IMG/VR virus record: IMGVR_UViG_3300005611_000002
Location: 32,001 to 96,000 of that record
DNA: 64,000 nucleotides
From: a virus
Lineage: Duplodnaviria > Caudoviricetes
Direction: 5' to 3' (one strand)
Notes under the pieces: generated by a model
What the model was told of the DNA's origin: nothing
Databases searched by the model: none
Seen by the model: the letters and a program-made list of their open reading frames with translations, nothing else
Translations under genes and position numbers: made by a program
Shown here: positions 19,647 to 31,030 of the stretch, in pieces
Layout of the letters: each line of letters starts with the position of its first letter
How positions within the stretch are numbered: position 1 is the stretch's first letter

Positions 19647-20656
19647 AAATCGAAAAAATTCAATACGAAGAGGAAATTCCAGTATACGATATCACAGTCC
19701 CTGAAACTAGTTCCTTTTTTGCAAATGATATATTAGTTCACAACTGTATTGAGATCGCGCTTCCTTCATCTACAGATGAAACATTTACCTGTGTTCTTTC
19801 TTCGCTCAATCTGTTACATTGGGATGAAATTCTAGAGACTGATGCTATCGAAGTACTTACAATGTTCCTCGACACCGTTTGTGAAGAGTTCATTCAAAAA
19901 ACTGAAGGGCATGAGTATCTCAAGCGCGCGCGTCAATTCGCGATCAATCACCGTGCTCTTGGTGCTGGTGTACTTGGTTGGCACTCGTATCTGCAGTCTA
20001 AAATGATTTCTTTCGAGTCAAAAGAAGCCGCGCAAAAGAACCTTGAAATTGCAAAGACTCTTCGTGAAAGATCTCATGCTGCTTCTCGTGAACTTGCAGA
20101 AAAACTTGGCGAACCACCACTGCTTCAAGGTTATGGTATGCGCAATACAACTACAATGGCTATTGCTCCAACTAAATCAAGTAGTTTCATCCTTGGTCAG
20201 GTAAGTCAATCTATCGAACCTGAGTTCTCGAACTGTTATGTAAAGGACTTGGCAAAGATGAAAGTCACAATCAAGAATCCTTACTTGAAGAAGCTGTTGC
20301 AAGAAAAAGATCAAGATAAGCCTGAAGTTTGGGAATCAATCAAGACACGTGACGGATCTGTTCAGCATCTTGAGTTCCTTACACAGGAAGAAAAAGAAGT
20401 CTTCAAGACGTTCTCAGAGATCAATCCTTACACAATAGTAGATCAAGCTGGTATTCGTCAACAATACATCGATCAAGGCCAGAGTCTCAATCTGATGCTG
20501 GATCCAGATATGTCAGTTCGTGAAATCAATCAACTCTATCTGTATGCTCACGAGATGGGTGTAAAGAGTCTTTACTATAGTTACTCGATGTCTGCTGCTC
20601 AGTCTTTGACTCGTAAGCGTGTAATGTCGACAGAATGTGCGGCGTGTGAAGCATGA
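19637..20656 (+). CDS. nrdA: Split intein C-half (19637-19744) fused to the C-terminal part of RNR alpha subunit
   Basis: GTG start with GAGGAG RBS; PVYDITV...FFANDILVHN|CIEIALP; AIAPTKSSS; DQGQSLNL; C-terminal CAACEA. Confidence 0.93.
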   Translation: MGIKIEKIQYEEEIPVYDITVPETSSFFANDILVHNCIEIALPSSTDETFTCVLSSLNLLHWDEILETDAIEVLTMFLDTVCEEFIQKTEGHEYLKRARQFAINHRALGAGVLGWHSYLQSKMISFESKEAAQKNLEIAKTLRERSHAASRELAEKLGEPPLLQGYGMRNTTTMAIAPTKSSSFILGQVSQSIEPEFSNCYVKDLAKMKVTIKNPYLKKLLQEKDQDKPEVWESIKTRDGSVQHLEFLTQEEKEVFKTFSEINPYTIVDQAGIRQQYIDQGQSLNLMLDPDMSVREINQLYLYAHEMGVKSLYYSYSMSAAQSLTRKRVMSTECAACEA

Positions 20657-21063
20657 AACGAGCATTTTGGTTTACACTTGGCATCATTCTTGTAGGTATA
20701 GCGTATGCCGGGATTTTTCTTCCTGGCATACCTTGGTCAACTCCAACAGTAGGAGCAGCATATTGTTTCGCAAAATCATCACCAAAATTTCACAAGTGGC
20801 TGTACTCGCATCATTTATTCGGTCCATTTCTCACAAACTGGGAAGAGAAAAAAGTATTTCCAACACGTATGAAATACGCAATGCTAGCGGTCATGGCCTC
20901 GAGTCTGCTTATTTTATGGCTCTCAACCGGAAACATCAACGCAATCATAGGTAGTGGTATCTTTATGACACTTGCCGCAATCTGGGGCTGGAGGTATCCA
21001 GGATCGGTAGAAGAACACGATCGCAGAGTTGCAGAGGGAAAAAGAGTTGCATGGCTGAAATGA
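20653..21063 (+). CDS. YbaN/DUF454 family membrane protein
   Basis: GIFLPGIPW...AAYCFAKSSPKFHKWL...FGPFLTNW. Confidence 0.85.
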   Translation: MKRAFWFTLGIILVGIAYAGIFLPGIPWSTPTVGAAYCFAKSSPKFHKWLYSHHLFGPFLTNWEEKKVFPTRMKYAMLAVMASSLLILWLSTGNINAIIGSGIFMTLAAIWGWRYPGSVEEHDRRVAEGKRVAWLK

Positions 21064-21067
21064 TCGG

Positions 21068-21125
21068 TTGACAAATGCGCCGAATCAGTATAGATTGATA
21101 ATAGGTAAAACGAAAGGGACCTATT
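21068..21125 (+). promoter_or_regulatory. Early sigma70-type promoter/RBS cassette (type A, GAATC in spacer)
   Basis: TTGACA-N17-TAGATT...ATAATAGGTAAAACGAAAGG; related copies start at 21461, 34560, 35576, 39613, 48769, 53725, 54919, 55676 and 56375. Confidence 0.85.
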
Positions 21126-21464
21126 ATGCTTACTACTGATCGTCCTTCTGTTGGGGAAGTCAATGGTCTTGTCAATGGCATTGCATATCATAACGCGCGT
21201 CATGATCAAGAAGGTGGTGTCGATACTGTTTGCTGGACTACACCCGGTCTTGAAATTACTCGCCTTCGTCTGTTGTCTGATCCCGGCTTCCCTGCATGGG
21301 ACGTGAGTTATTGCCACGGTGTACTTGATGGTCGACACGTCGATGTTCGGCTTCCCTTCAGTCAGCTTCCCAAGTATAAGATGAAGTCTTGGCTCTACAA
21401 GGAAGCTCAAAAGACCGGCGTCTTCATCAAGGGTTTGTTTTCTTCAATCTCAACTTTGTGTTGA
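21126..21464 (+). CDS. Early hypothetical protein flanked by near-identical promoter cassettes
   Basis: ORF with RBS directly after the promoter cassette. Confidence 0.7.
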   Translation: MLTTDRPSVGEVNGLVNGIAYHNARHDQEGGVDTVCWTTPGLEITRLRLLSDPGFPAWDVSYCHGVLDGRHVDVRLPFSQLPKYKMKSWLYKEAQKTGVFIKGLFSSISTLC

Positions 21465-21519
21465 CAAATGCCCCGAATCAGTATAGATTGATAATAGGTA
21501 AAACGAAAGGAACATACCT

Positions 21520-21870
21520 ATGATTACCATCTACCAGATCCAGATGTCTGACTCTCAGATCGACGCTTTCAACGCGGGGCACTCGGTCCCTTCTATCGAA
21601 GCCAAGCGCAAACTGATGTTTGGTTCGAAAAAGTTTACTCCTGATATGCTTCAGTACTTCACTGCTGTTGCTAAGATTGACACTCAAGATCTCGAACATG
21701 CCTTTGAACTGACCAATCTTTGGAACGACGAGTCGAAAATCACTCGTTTGGAGCGTATGAGCTCGACTTCTGTCGGTGACATCTTTATGAAGGATGGTCG
21801 TTACTTCATGGTTGACAGCTTTGGTTTCGAAGAGCTGCGCTTGTTCCAAGATGAACTGGAGGTTCTGTAA
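21520..21870 (+). CDS. Early protein, YodL-like C-terminal motif
   Basis: MSSTSVGDIF...YFMVDSFGF. Confidence 0.55.
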   Translation: MITIYQIQMSDSQIDAFNAGHSVPSIEAKRKLMFGSKKFTPDMLQYFTAVAKIDTQDLEHAFELTNLWNDESKITRLERMSSTSVGDIFMKDGRYFMVDSFGFEELRLFQDELEVL

Positions 21871-22364
21871 TGAAATTTGCAGGTATTCTCAATGCACTGA
21901 CACTTGCTGGTATGGTAGGTGTTGGTGCATATCATATTCAGGATGCAGCTGCACAAGAAACCGTGAATTTAATATCAAAAGAAGATCGTTATTGCCTTCA
22001 GCAAAATATCTTTTTTGAAGCGCGGAATCAATCGACTCTCGGTCAGGTTGCTGTTGCTTGGGTCACACTGAACCGTATGGAAAGTTCTCGTTATCCGGAT
22101 ACTATTTGCGATGTAGTCTGGCAGCATAAGCAGTTCAGCTGGACACACGACGGGAAGAAAGACACCCCGTCAGATAATGTTCTCGAACAAAAAGCATGGG
22201 AAAAAGCTCGAACAGTAGCAGAAGTTGTTCTGATTGATTGGGCACGTGGATTGAATAGCCCTGTTGGAGAAGCAACTATGTATCATGCAGACTATGTGAA
22301 CCCGTATTGGTCTACATCTTATGATCGTGTTGCTCGCGTTGACTCTCACATTTTTTATGAATAA
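21870..22364 (+). CDS. Cell wall hydrolase, SleB/Hydrolase_2 family
   Basis: CLQQNIFFEARNQ...VAWVTLNR...YPDTICDVVWQ..QFSW; ATMYHADYVNPYW...HIFY. Confidence 0.92.
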   Translation: MKFAGILNALTLAGMVGVGAYHIQDAAAQETVNLISKEDRYCLQQNIFFEARNQSTLGQVAVAWVTLNRMESSRYPDTICDVVWQHKQFSWTHDGKKDTPSDNVLEQKAWEKARTVAEVVLIDWARGLNSPVGEATMYHADYVNPYWSTSYDRVARVDSHIFYE

Positions 22365-22390
22365 TGCCTAAAAATTGAAAGGAAGTAAGC

Positions 22391-24375
22391 ATGAATGTAG
22401 ACTGGGCGCAAAAATTTATTGACAGTGATCTGATGGATCAAATTCTAGCATACAAGATCCGTGAAGCGATTATTCTAAACGAAGCAGCTATTATGAGTCT
22501 CGAAGGCCGAACAGACCTTGAAGATTACGAAAAACAAGATCTTGAAGATTGTTACTCTTGGACAAAAAGTCTCGAAGACGTCTATACTTACTTTGGCGGT
22601 AATCTGATGGACCTATCAAAATGAGATGGTATGACTATGCTTCGTGCTTGCTTTTTGCGGACTTGATTTCTGCTAGTTTGGTATCATACAACATAATTGG
22701 GTTGACATTGGGCACAGTTGGGTATATAATCTACGAAAGATTGCAAGTTATGAAAAAGGATACAGACTGATGCCCTATAAAGAAGTATGGATTGATGATG
22801 CCGATATCAATGATTTTGACGATCAAGAACTCATTGATGAGCTTGAAAGTCGCGGTTGGTGGGTCTCACCTGAAAAACGCTGGGAACCTCTTGAATTGAC
22901 CAATGATCAAAAAGACTGGATCTGTGAAAAGATTCAATCTGAAAATCTTGACGTAACTGACATGACTGCAAAAGAAATATATAATGAACTGAGGAAGAAA
23001 TAATGTACACTTGCGATAACTGGGTCGTCATCTTCGTGAATGGTGACGATCCACATTATAGATTGCTAGTTGGAACTTCTGGAGGATATACGACGGGTGA
23101 TTCGTGGCGTATGAATAGCGGCATCACTAAAGTAGAGGAAGACGATCGCTACTATTACTTTTATGGTTCGAGTGGTTCTTGTTATAAGTGCCACAAAGAA
23201 GCATATTGCCTTCGTATGAATAATGCTCATGTTTGGAATTCGCTGCAAGAAAGACATGGAGATAAGGTTGAAATGATGCCAGAAGATACTGACTGGCTAA
23301 ACAAGGACTGGATTATATCATGAAATTTAGCAGACACACTGAAGACGGTACTAAGATCGAAATGGAAATCGCCGATCACACATATATTGGTGAAGTACTT
23401 CAAGAGTTTCAGAACTTCCTTCGTGCTTGTGGTTATGTGATCGAATATAACAAAGTTTTGGATCTGGTGGATATGGACGAATGACTGATAAGAAATCGTT
23501 GTTAGATACAATCTCGCAAGAGTCTGAACGCTTCCAAGAACTGATTCGACAGGAAGATATTGAAATGGATCAGTGGTGGGATGAACTCCCTCAAGAGGAC
23601 CAAATGCGAGCGTTCTACTCAGTCGTGAAGCGTCTTGTAAAAGGTGATATAACTGATAGAGGCTCTTATCGTTATGTTCTATATGACGTGTTTGGTTTTG
23701 GGGCCGAGAGTTACATGCTCGGAATGAACTGCGGTTATATGACACTACACAACAGCATCTATACACCGGAAGAGATGCGAGAGCTTCGTGATCGTGAACT
23801 TGCTTCAAAAGGTATTGAAGTAGAAACTACAAAATGGGATATGAAAAATGAGTGAATGGTATATAGCACCAGAAATGGTGATGAATGATATTGCTAAACT
23901 TGATGCTTCTATGTTGTTTGGCTCTAGATCTATGGCGTCACGTCCTGCTGTAGAAGGGTTTGATCCTGCGTTTATGATCGGTTCTCAGATCACAGATGAG
24001 ACCGACTGGGACTTCAGTGCTCCTTACACTGAAGAGAATCACGCGGCTCTTATTGAAGCCGGTTTTACGTATTGGCCGCCAGATGATCTATCTTATAAAG
24101 ATAGTTTGACTACTGGAGTGTATATCAAGACATACATGCATAAGTTTGATATGGACAATCCTGTAATTTATAGCACTCCTCCTGTAGCAAACGTCGTTCT
24201 TCGTAACGACTTCTATATCTTTCGTCAAGTATGGGACTCTATAGATCCAGAGTTCTATTACAAGCATATCTGGAAACGCAGTCCAACTTACGATTTTCAA
24301 CAATTGTCATTGACAAAAGAAACTATCCGTGATATAATGAATCAACTATTTAGGACTGCTAAGGAAATGATATGA
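22391..24375 (+). other. Run of small early hypothetical genes (22391-22624, 22770-23003, 23003-23323, 23320-23484, 23481-23855); 23848-24375 is possibly nucleotidyltransferase-like
   Basis: Tightly coupled ORFs; LFGSR...DWDF motif in the last one. Confidence 0.6.
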
Positions 24376-24407
24376 GCGACATCTGGGTAACATCCGATTC
24401 ACATTAA
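24372..24407 (+). pseudogene. Stranded original N-terminus of the metallophosphoesterase (MSDIWVTSDSH*)
   Basis: Matches MSKDIWVSSDFH at 25335; its ATG overlaps the upstream stop (ATGA); it ends at the HEG stop codon. Confidence 0.85.
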
Positions 24408-25237
24408 TTCTGATAATTCTTACAATTATCAAAATGATATCTTGTCATACTTGACGCACCACCTTTTTTATTGCAATGAGGGCACTCTTTTATGACTTGA
24501 GGCCCTTTGGGTTTTCTCATTTTTTCTTTTGTAGCATCACTTAATTTTCTTCCTTTTCTAATTTTGCTTAATTTTTGACGGACAGTATCGTCAAAAATTC
24601 TCCCTTTATTCGGGCCTGTCAATTCTCCACTTTTTATTCTAGGATCTTCTACTGAGACATAGTGATAGTTACCTTCGGAATCTTTCATTGTAGTCATGCC
24701 TTTAGTTATACCAGTAAGATTTTCATTTTTAATAAATTCTTCCCGTGTAACTTTAATTATATCATTTTTTTCTGTTTTAGCAATTACTATATTTTTTGCT
24801 TTGCATGATATTTTGCGCGATATTTCTTTTTTTCTTTCTCCTGACATATTGGCATGATATTCTAAAGTAGTTTTTGATTGTAACATTCTAAATTCTTTAT
24901 TGAGACTTTCATATAATCTACTGTTGATTTTTTTATTCTGATAGCTTCTTAATGAGTGGGCTGCAAATGTTATGCTATTTACAGTAGGAAAAGCTTTCCA
25001 TAATATCACATGAGCAATAAAATGCTGTCTGGCGGTTAAAACCGCGCAATTCCAAGGATACAATTTAAAAGATTCGTATTTAGGAAACATATCATTTGCT
25101 TTTGGGCATATGTGATGTTTTTCAGTATATCCTTCATAATCAACATTTTTTAGTTGACATTGCTCGATGAATGTTATATAACGGTTTATATAATGGGGAT
25201 TATGTGGTTTTGAAGACAATATGGTATAAATATCCAT
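24404..25237 (-). mobile_element. Antisense HNH homing endonuclease (NUMOD3-like repeats, C-terminal CPHC...HFDNCK)
   Basis: EKHHICPK...LTARQHFIAH; AT-rich. Confidence 0.88.
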
Positions 25238-25318
25238 TGCTGGAACTCCTTTCTTTAGGTGGTATAGTTCTAGGGTTAGTGGGTATTTGCCGTACCGCGA
25301 CTAACACTATTATTTATA
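25225..25318. ncRNA. Conserved HEG-leader structured element, copy 1
   Basis: Bounded by inverted TATAAATA boxes; stems CTGGAACT/AGTTCTAG and GTTAGT-G-GGTA/TACC-GCG-ACTAAC. Confidence 0.7.
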
Positions 25319-25334
25319 ATGGAGCATACATATA

Positions 25335-25886
25335 ATGTCAAAAGATATTTGGGTTTCTAGTGATTTTCATTTAAATCACTCAAACATTTTGAAATTCACT
25401 GATAGTAATACTGGAAAACCGATCCGACCTGAATTTTCATCCGTTCAAGAAATGAATGAAATTATAATACAAAGACACAATAGCTGTGTAAAACCTGGAG
25501 ACAAATTTTACACTCTTGGAGATGTGTTCTTTGGTGACAAGGAATGGTTCAAAAAAATGTGGCCTCGTCTGAATGGTAGCAAGCGTCTCATCGTTGGCAA
25601 CCACGACGATATCAAGTTTCTATCCTCTGGTGGATTCTTTGCAAAGGTCATGATGTGGCGCATGTTCCCTGAGTTTGGTTTGATGTTTAGCCATGTTCCG
25701 CTTCATGAAAGCAGTTTGATGCGAGGAGCAAAAGGTGACAAGCCGATGTTAAATGTGCACGGGCACACTCACAGTAATGGATCGCCAAAAGGCCCTTATA
25801 CTTCAGTCTGTGTGGAATTGAGAAATTATACCCCAGTCCACATTGAAGACTTGGCGGCGGAGGCTAAAAAATTAATTAATGTGTAG
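25335..25886 (+). CDS. Calcineurin-like metallophosphoesterase
   Basis: SDFH, LGDV, VGNHD, FSHVP, VHGHTH motifs. Confidence 0.92.
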   Translation: MSKDIWVSSDFHLNHSNILKFTDSNTGKPIRPEFSSVQEMNEIIIQRHNSCVKPGDKFYTLGDVFFGDKEWFKKMWPRLNGSKRLIVGNHDDIKFLSSGGFFAKVMMWRMFPEFGLMFSHVPLHESSLMRGAKGDKPMLNVHGHTHSNGSPKGPYTSVCVELRNYTPVHIEDLAAEAKKLINV

Positions 25887-26744
25887 TCTACCTCTGACCC
25901 ACCCTTCCTGAATAGATTGATATTTTTCTATCATTTTATTGACTTTACCGTTATTAATACAAATCTTTCCGGTTGTTCCCACGTGTTTTGGTTTCTTGCT
26001 GTATACCCTCCCTCTGGTCCATCCTTCGGGTATATGTTCTCCCTTAAACATTTTAGAAGTTTTTCCGTCATTGATCCAAACTGATTTTTTTGGTGAGTTT
26101 TTTGTCATACCTCTATACCAACCTTCAGGAATAGTTTCTTCGGGTTTTATTCTTTTATTTGTTTTTCCATTTGTGATGGTTATAGTTCCAGCATTATTCC
26201 CTCTTAATTCGCCAGTTTTAAATCTAACGTCGTCGCTAGAAACGTAATGACCGTTTCCGCTTCTATCTAAAGCAAATGTTTTTCCCTTCGTGTGCCCGCT
26301 AAGTTCTTTATTCTCGTCGAATTCTTTTTTGCTTACTCTGAATACTTTATTATCATGTTTTACACTTACTGTTCCGGACATTTGTTCAGAAACTATAACG
26401 GAATAAGCCACTTTTATAGATTCATATATTTTACTACTTTTTATTTCATTGTAATTACTCATAATACCAAATGCGCGAATCATTGACTCATTTTGATACA
26501 CTTTCCATAACATCATATGAGCAATAAAATGTTGTCTGGCGGTTAAAACTGCACAGTTCCACGGATAATTGCTAAATGAACTATACTCAGGAAACATATC
26601 CTTTGCTTTGGGACAAATGTGGTGTTTTTCAGTATAACCTTCATAATCAACATTTTTTAGTTGACAATGTTTGATAAATATGATATAACGGTTTAAATAA
26701 TGGGGATTATGTGGTTTTGAAGACAATATGGTATAAATATCCAT
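25872..26744 (-). mobile_element. Antisense HNH homing endonuclease with three (W/I)INxG...IPEGW repeats
   Basis: N-terminal ~80 aa nearly identical to the 24404-25237 product. Confidence 0.88.
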
Positions 26745-26825
26745 TGCTGGAACTCCTTTCTTTTAGGTTGCAAGTTCTAGAGTTAGTGGGTATTGACAGT
26801 ACCGCGACTAACATTTTTATTTATA
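26732..26825. ncRNA. Conserved HEG-leader structured element, copy 2
   Basis: Same architecture as copy 1. Confidence 0.7.
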
Positions 26826-26839
26826 AAAGTAAAAATTCG

Positions 26840-26956
26840 GGCCATATCCATCAGAACAAGTCTCCAAAGGGACCTTACCATTGTGTATGTGTAGAACAGA
26901 CGAACTACACTCCTGTTCACATCGAAGATCTAGCAAAAATTGCGAGAAAGATCTAA
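26840..26956 (+). pseudogene. Stranded original C-terminus of the metallophosphoesterase
   Basis: GHIHQNKSPKGPYHCVCVEQTNYTPVHIEDLAKIARKI*; 27/38 identical to the product of 25761-25886; stop overlaps the next ATG (TAATG). Confidence 0.92.
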
Positions 26957-27312
26957 TGGCAAATGTATTCGTATTCGGCTCTAATCTTGCTGGAAGGCAT
27001 GGTAAAGGTGCTGCGCTGTACGCCAAACAACACTACGGCGCAGTATATGGAGAGGGTATCGGTAGAACTGGTAACTCATACGCTATTCCAACTAAAGGTT
27101 ATCAATTGAATGTTCTTTCGTTAGAACGTATTCAAGACTTTGTCACAGAGTTCGTTCAACATACACGAGAGAATCCTGAAGATACTTTCCTGCTTACACC
27201 AATTGGAACTGGTTTGGCTGGTTATGATAAGACTGAGATATTCAAACTAATTCGTAACTGTGCACCACTTCCTTCTAATATCGTATTCACAAAGGAGTGG
27301 TTTAACTTATGA
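26956..27312 (+). CDS. Conserved phage protein, macro/A1pp-like fold candidate
   Basis: VFVFGSNLAGRHGKGAA...YAIPTK...TPIGTGLAG. Confidence 0.65.
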   Translation: MANVFVFGSNLAGRHGKGAALYAKQHYGAVYGEGIGRTGNSYAIPTKGYQLNVLSLERIQDFVTEFVQHTRENPEDTFLLTPIGTGLAGYDKTEIFKLIRNCAPLPSNIVFTKEWFNL

Positions 27313-30300
27313 GTAAGTACGAAGTAGCACCCGGTCTATGGATCGGTTCTGAGATCGGTGACATCAATCGAGAAATCAAGAGTCTTATGAAACGACTCGT
27401 AGATGGCGACGAGAGTGTCCTACCCGAGATCACTCGCCTTTCTCGTGAAAAAGAGAAACTGATGATGCCTAAGAGACTAAGGAGAGAAAAATGAACGTAG
27501 GTGAAGCAATTGAAGGACTATTCTACGCATTTGTCGTTGCGGTGACCGCTGCAATTTTTCTTGCAACTTATGTGCTCTCGCAGACAGTTTTTTCATTGAC
27601 ACCTTGGGATGTCTGTGTTAAGATGGAAACAGACGCTGCAAAAGTGCAGTGTATGGAGGCACATTATGACTAAAGAACAACTACTCATCAACCTTGAGTA
27701 CTGGGCAGACTGTTTGGAGAACCCTACCTACAACAATCTTGAAGTGGGCTTTAGACACACGCCTCTCTCCAAGGACGAGATCATACAACGATATAAAGAT
27801 GAATGCCGCACGACTCGAATCGCTATACTGAGAGTGATTGAGATGATAAACGAGGATGGAATAGAATAAAATGGAAATCAAAATTAAACCACAAAAGATT
27901 ATCCCTGCCAGCTATAGTGTTCGCTTTGATGAAGGCGGTGATTATACTGGATACATTGTTCAGCCTCAGCCATATGAAGATCGTCTCCGCCCTGACATCG
28001 AAGAATGGCTCAATGATAACGCTTTAGGTTGGAACGTAACTTTTGATCGTGGCGATTGGGGTGATGGTCCGGCTTTTGTAAAAATAAATTTCGAAACTGA
28101 AGCACAAGCAAGATCGTTTGCTGCTGAATTTACTAACATTCCCTGTCCTAATTCTCGCAGTCGTGGACATTGCCCGCATATGGGTTCTGCACTTAGTCTT
28201 ATTGATAGAGAGACTGGCGATGGTAAGGGCAAATGCTTACACTGTGATCACAGATTTCAAATCTTAACCAAAGATAATAGAGAAGATTTTCTAAAACATA
28301 ATATTGAGGATGACATAGAATGAACTGGGAACAATGGTTGTCTGCAAATCAATATGATGTTGACTTTGGTGATGATACTATCGATCTGATGCGACAAGCT
28401 TATGTTGCTGGTCTTAGAATGGCGCATGACTTACTTGATAATGCGGAACCAGAAGACTTTCATTGGTGCCGCCATGAAATTGAAAAACTGATAAAGGAAA
28501 GCGAATGAGATATGCCATATCATCTCCAGAGGAAACATGGGTGAAAGTGTGTTACAAATTCTTTGAAAGACACGATTTAACTTATTGGTATGTAAGGGAT
28601 AGAGAACAGGCTTTCCGTGAAATGATGAAGGACTCTAATGGTACTTTAGATCCAACTTGGTTAAGAAATAAGATAGACGAACTTTATAGGAGTGTTGGAA
28701 TATGAGCTACAGTAGAAACACGCAACTGTTCTGGGAACTGCTCGATCTGAGCGATGCTGAGCTTATGGTCGATAACGACATGTGCATTATCACATATAAC
28801 TTTACATACAATGATGATGAAGACCAAGAAAGTGAGAGCCAGGCGTTTGATTTTGGTCCTAAGGATCTTGCTTGGTTGTTCGGAGAGAAACTTGGCATTT
28901 ATATGACGGAGGTGTGAAATGAGTGAAAACGTAGGAAGCAGCGGAATTATGGTTCCGCTCTCGACAAAGATGAGTGAAGAAGAGCGCGAGGAAATTACTG
29001 AAGCTATTTGGGATAGCGGCAACAGTTTGGTTCAGATCAACTATGAAGGGACCATCGCGTATACAAATCATCGAAGCGACGGTTATGGTATCACATTTGG
29101 CGTAACCGCGGATAAGAACGACTTGGGTTATATTCGCACGATCATGGATCACTATGGCTTTGGCATCGTCGAAGAACAGGCTCGACCGTATTCTTGCTAT
29201 TGGTACAACGGAACTGATTCGGATATGGATATGTTGGAACTTGAAGATTTTCTTGTAAGAACGAAACAAAGTAGTTGACAAATGCTCGCGAATAATATAG
29301 TATGATAATATATTCGGTGGATAAAGGAGAATCACCATGGATGCTACTGTTACTCGCCTCGCACAAGAGACGGACTTCGTTGGTTATGCGATCGTTGATT
29401 GGGACAGCTACTTCGGTAAAACTACTTGCCCGAACAAAGCTGCTGCGATGTGCTTGGAACGGTATCGTACTGGTGGCGAAGAGCTTGGTCAGTTCATCAA
29501 GTGCTACTCGATTGGTACTCTTGGTGAATATTCCGATGCTCCTGGCAAGCGTGTAGTAGAAGAATATGACTGGGATCGCGCGCTTCGTGAACTTATGGGT
29601 TGACATTTGTTTTGAAATGGTTTATACTGATTCTATAAGGAATGGAGATATACAATGATCAATCCTGCTACTCGCCCGCAAGATAAACTTAATGAATTCA
29701 CGGGAAGGTTGCTTGGCACTTATCCTCCTACTGTTCGTCTTCGCAATGGAACACTTGTTCAACCTGAATATAAGCCTGCAGAAGATGAATACTGCACAGA
29801 TGCTTTCTATGCTGAAGACTATCGCTACTGCTGGAACTTGGATGGTACTAGTGTAACTCGCAGTGATTATGATATGATGGAGATTGTTCGCAATGACTGA
29901 CTATACAGAAGCCGCCCGCTGCGAAGCCACTGTTCGTCTTGCTGATGGAAGTGAATGGACGATCCACCTTGTTCCTGCTGATACGGATGGTTGGAACGTT
30001 CCTGTGATCCGTGCGTATGACTACACCGACGATACTCAAATTTGGAACACTGATGGCACTGCGCTTTCGGCTGATGCTGACATTGTGGAGATTATGGAAT
30101 GACTAAGTATGTGACAACTCATTTACCTGAAGAAGAGATTGACCGCTTACGCCTTAAAGCATTTGCAAGTAATGACCCTGAAGATAAACTGGCGTATTAC
30201 AAGGCAACCTCACTCTACTTCCAAGAACGCCATGAACGTGCTATGAATAGGGAGGCTAAAAATGACTGATCGCGTTTTTGAAGATGCTCGCAGCTGGGAA

Positions 30301-31030
30301 GTTTCAGACGGCGGTCGTTGTGTTGAGGTCTATATGTTTGAAGCTGGTGATGTGATGATCACCGCAAACGAAGACGCAGGTTGGGATAGTCAACGAGCCA
30401 GCTTCACTATGACTCGTGAAGAAGCAACACTGCTGAAAGAATTCCTGATCCGGAAAGGATACTGAGATGACTAAAGAACAACTTATCGAGATGTTGAATG
30501 GAAACCTGTGGGTCTCAGGTCAAACCGACAAGTCTCAAACCGTAATGGGCGTTGAACGTGCTGCAGAGAAGATTGCAATTAAGTTCTTTTTGATGGAAGA
30601 AGAAATCAAACGACTACGGGAACATAACACTGAAATGGGCTGGCGTCTGAACCCAGATCGTATGGGTGGACAGTTCACAGAAGAAGAAAAGAATAGGACA
30701 GGATGGATATGACTCTCGATCGTAACTGGCTTGAAGATCGTGTAGAACCTCTCGCTCGTGAGCTGGCAGCAGAGAAGATGGGTTTGGTGAAGGACTGCCT
30801 TGGTGAGAATCTACCATACGATCTCTGGAGTCAGTGTATTCCAGATGCTCGTAAATTCTTGGGGTTGGAGTGATGGATTATCGTGTTATTACTGCTACAG
30901 GCAAATACCAACTTCAGGAAGAAGTTATAGAAATGATCAAACAGGGTTGGAAGCCTCAGGGTGGTATACTCTATACTCTTCACCTCGGCGGTGTTCACGA
31001 AACCTGGGCTCAAGCAATGATGAAAGATGA
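27309..31030 (+). other. Cluster of about 15 small early hypothetical genes, including tandem paralogues 29655-29900 and 29893-30102
   Basis: Overlapping start/stop codons; promoters at 29275 and 29600. Confidence 0.6.
29600..29644 (+). promoter_or_regulatory. Early promoter cassette (type B)
   Basis: TTGACATTTGTTTTGAAATGGTTTATACTGATTCTATAAGGAATG; copy with one mismatch at 36424; partial copy at 53426. Confidence 0.85.

Noticed and set aside
24404-26839. Group I introns carrying the HEGs in the phosphoesterase, RNA ligase or exonuclease genes
   Set aside because: The inserts are almost entirely antisense ORF plus a ~90-bp leader, leaving no room for a P3-P9 core, and the host genes are completed by duplicate termini or a new promoter/RBS, so splicing is unnecessary. 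RT-PCR would settle it.
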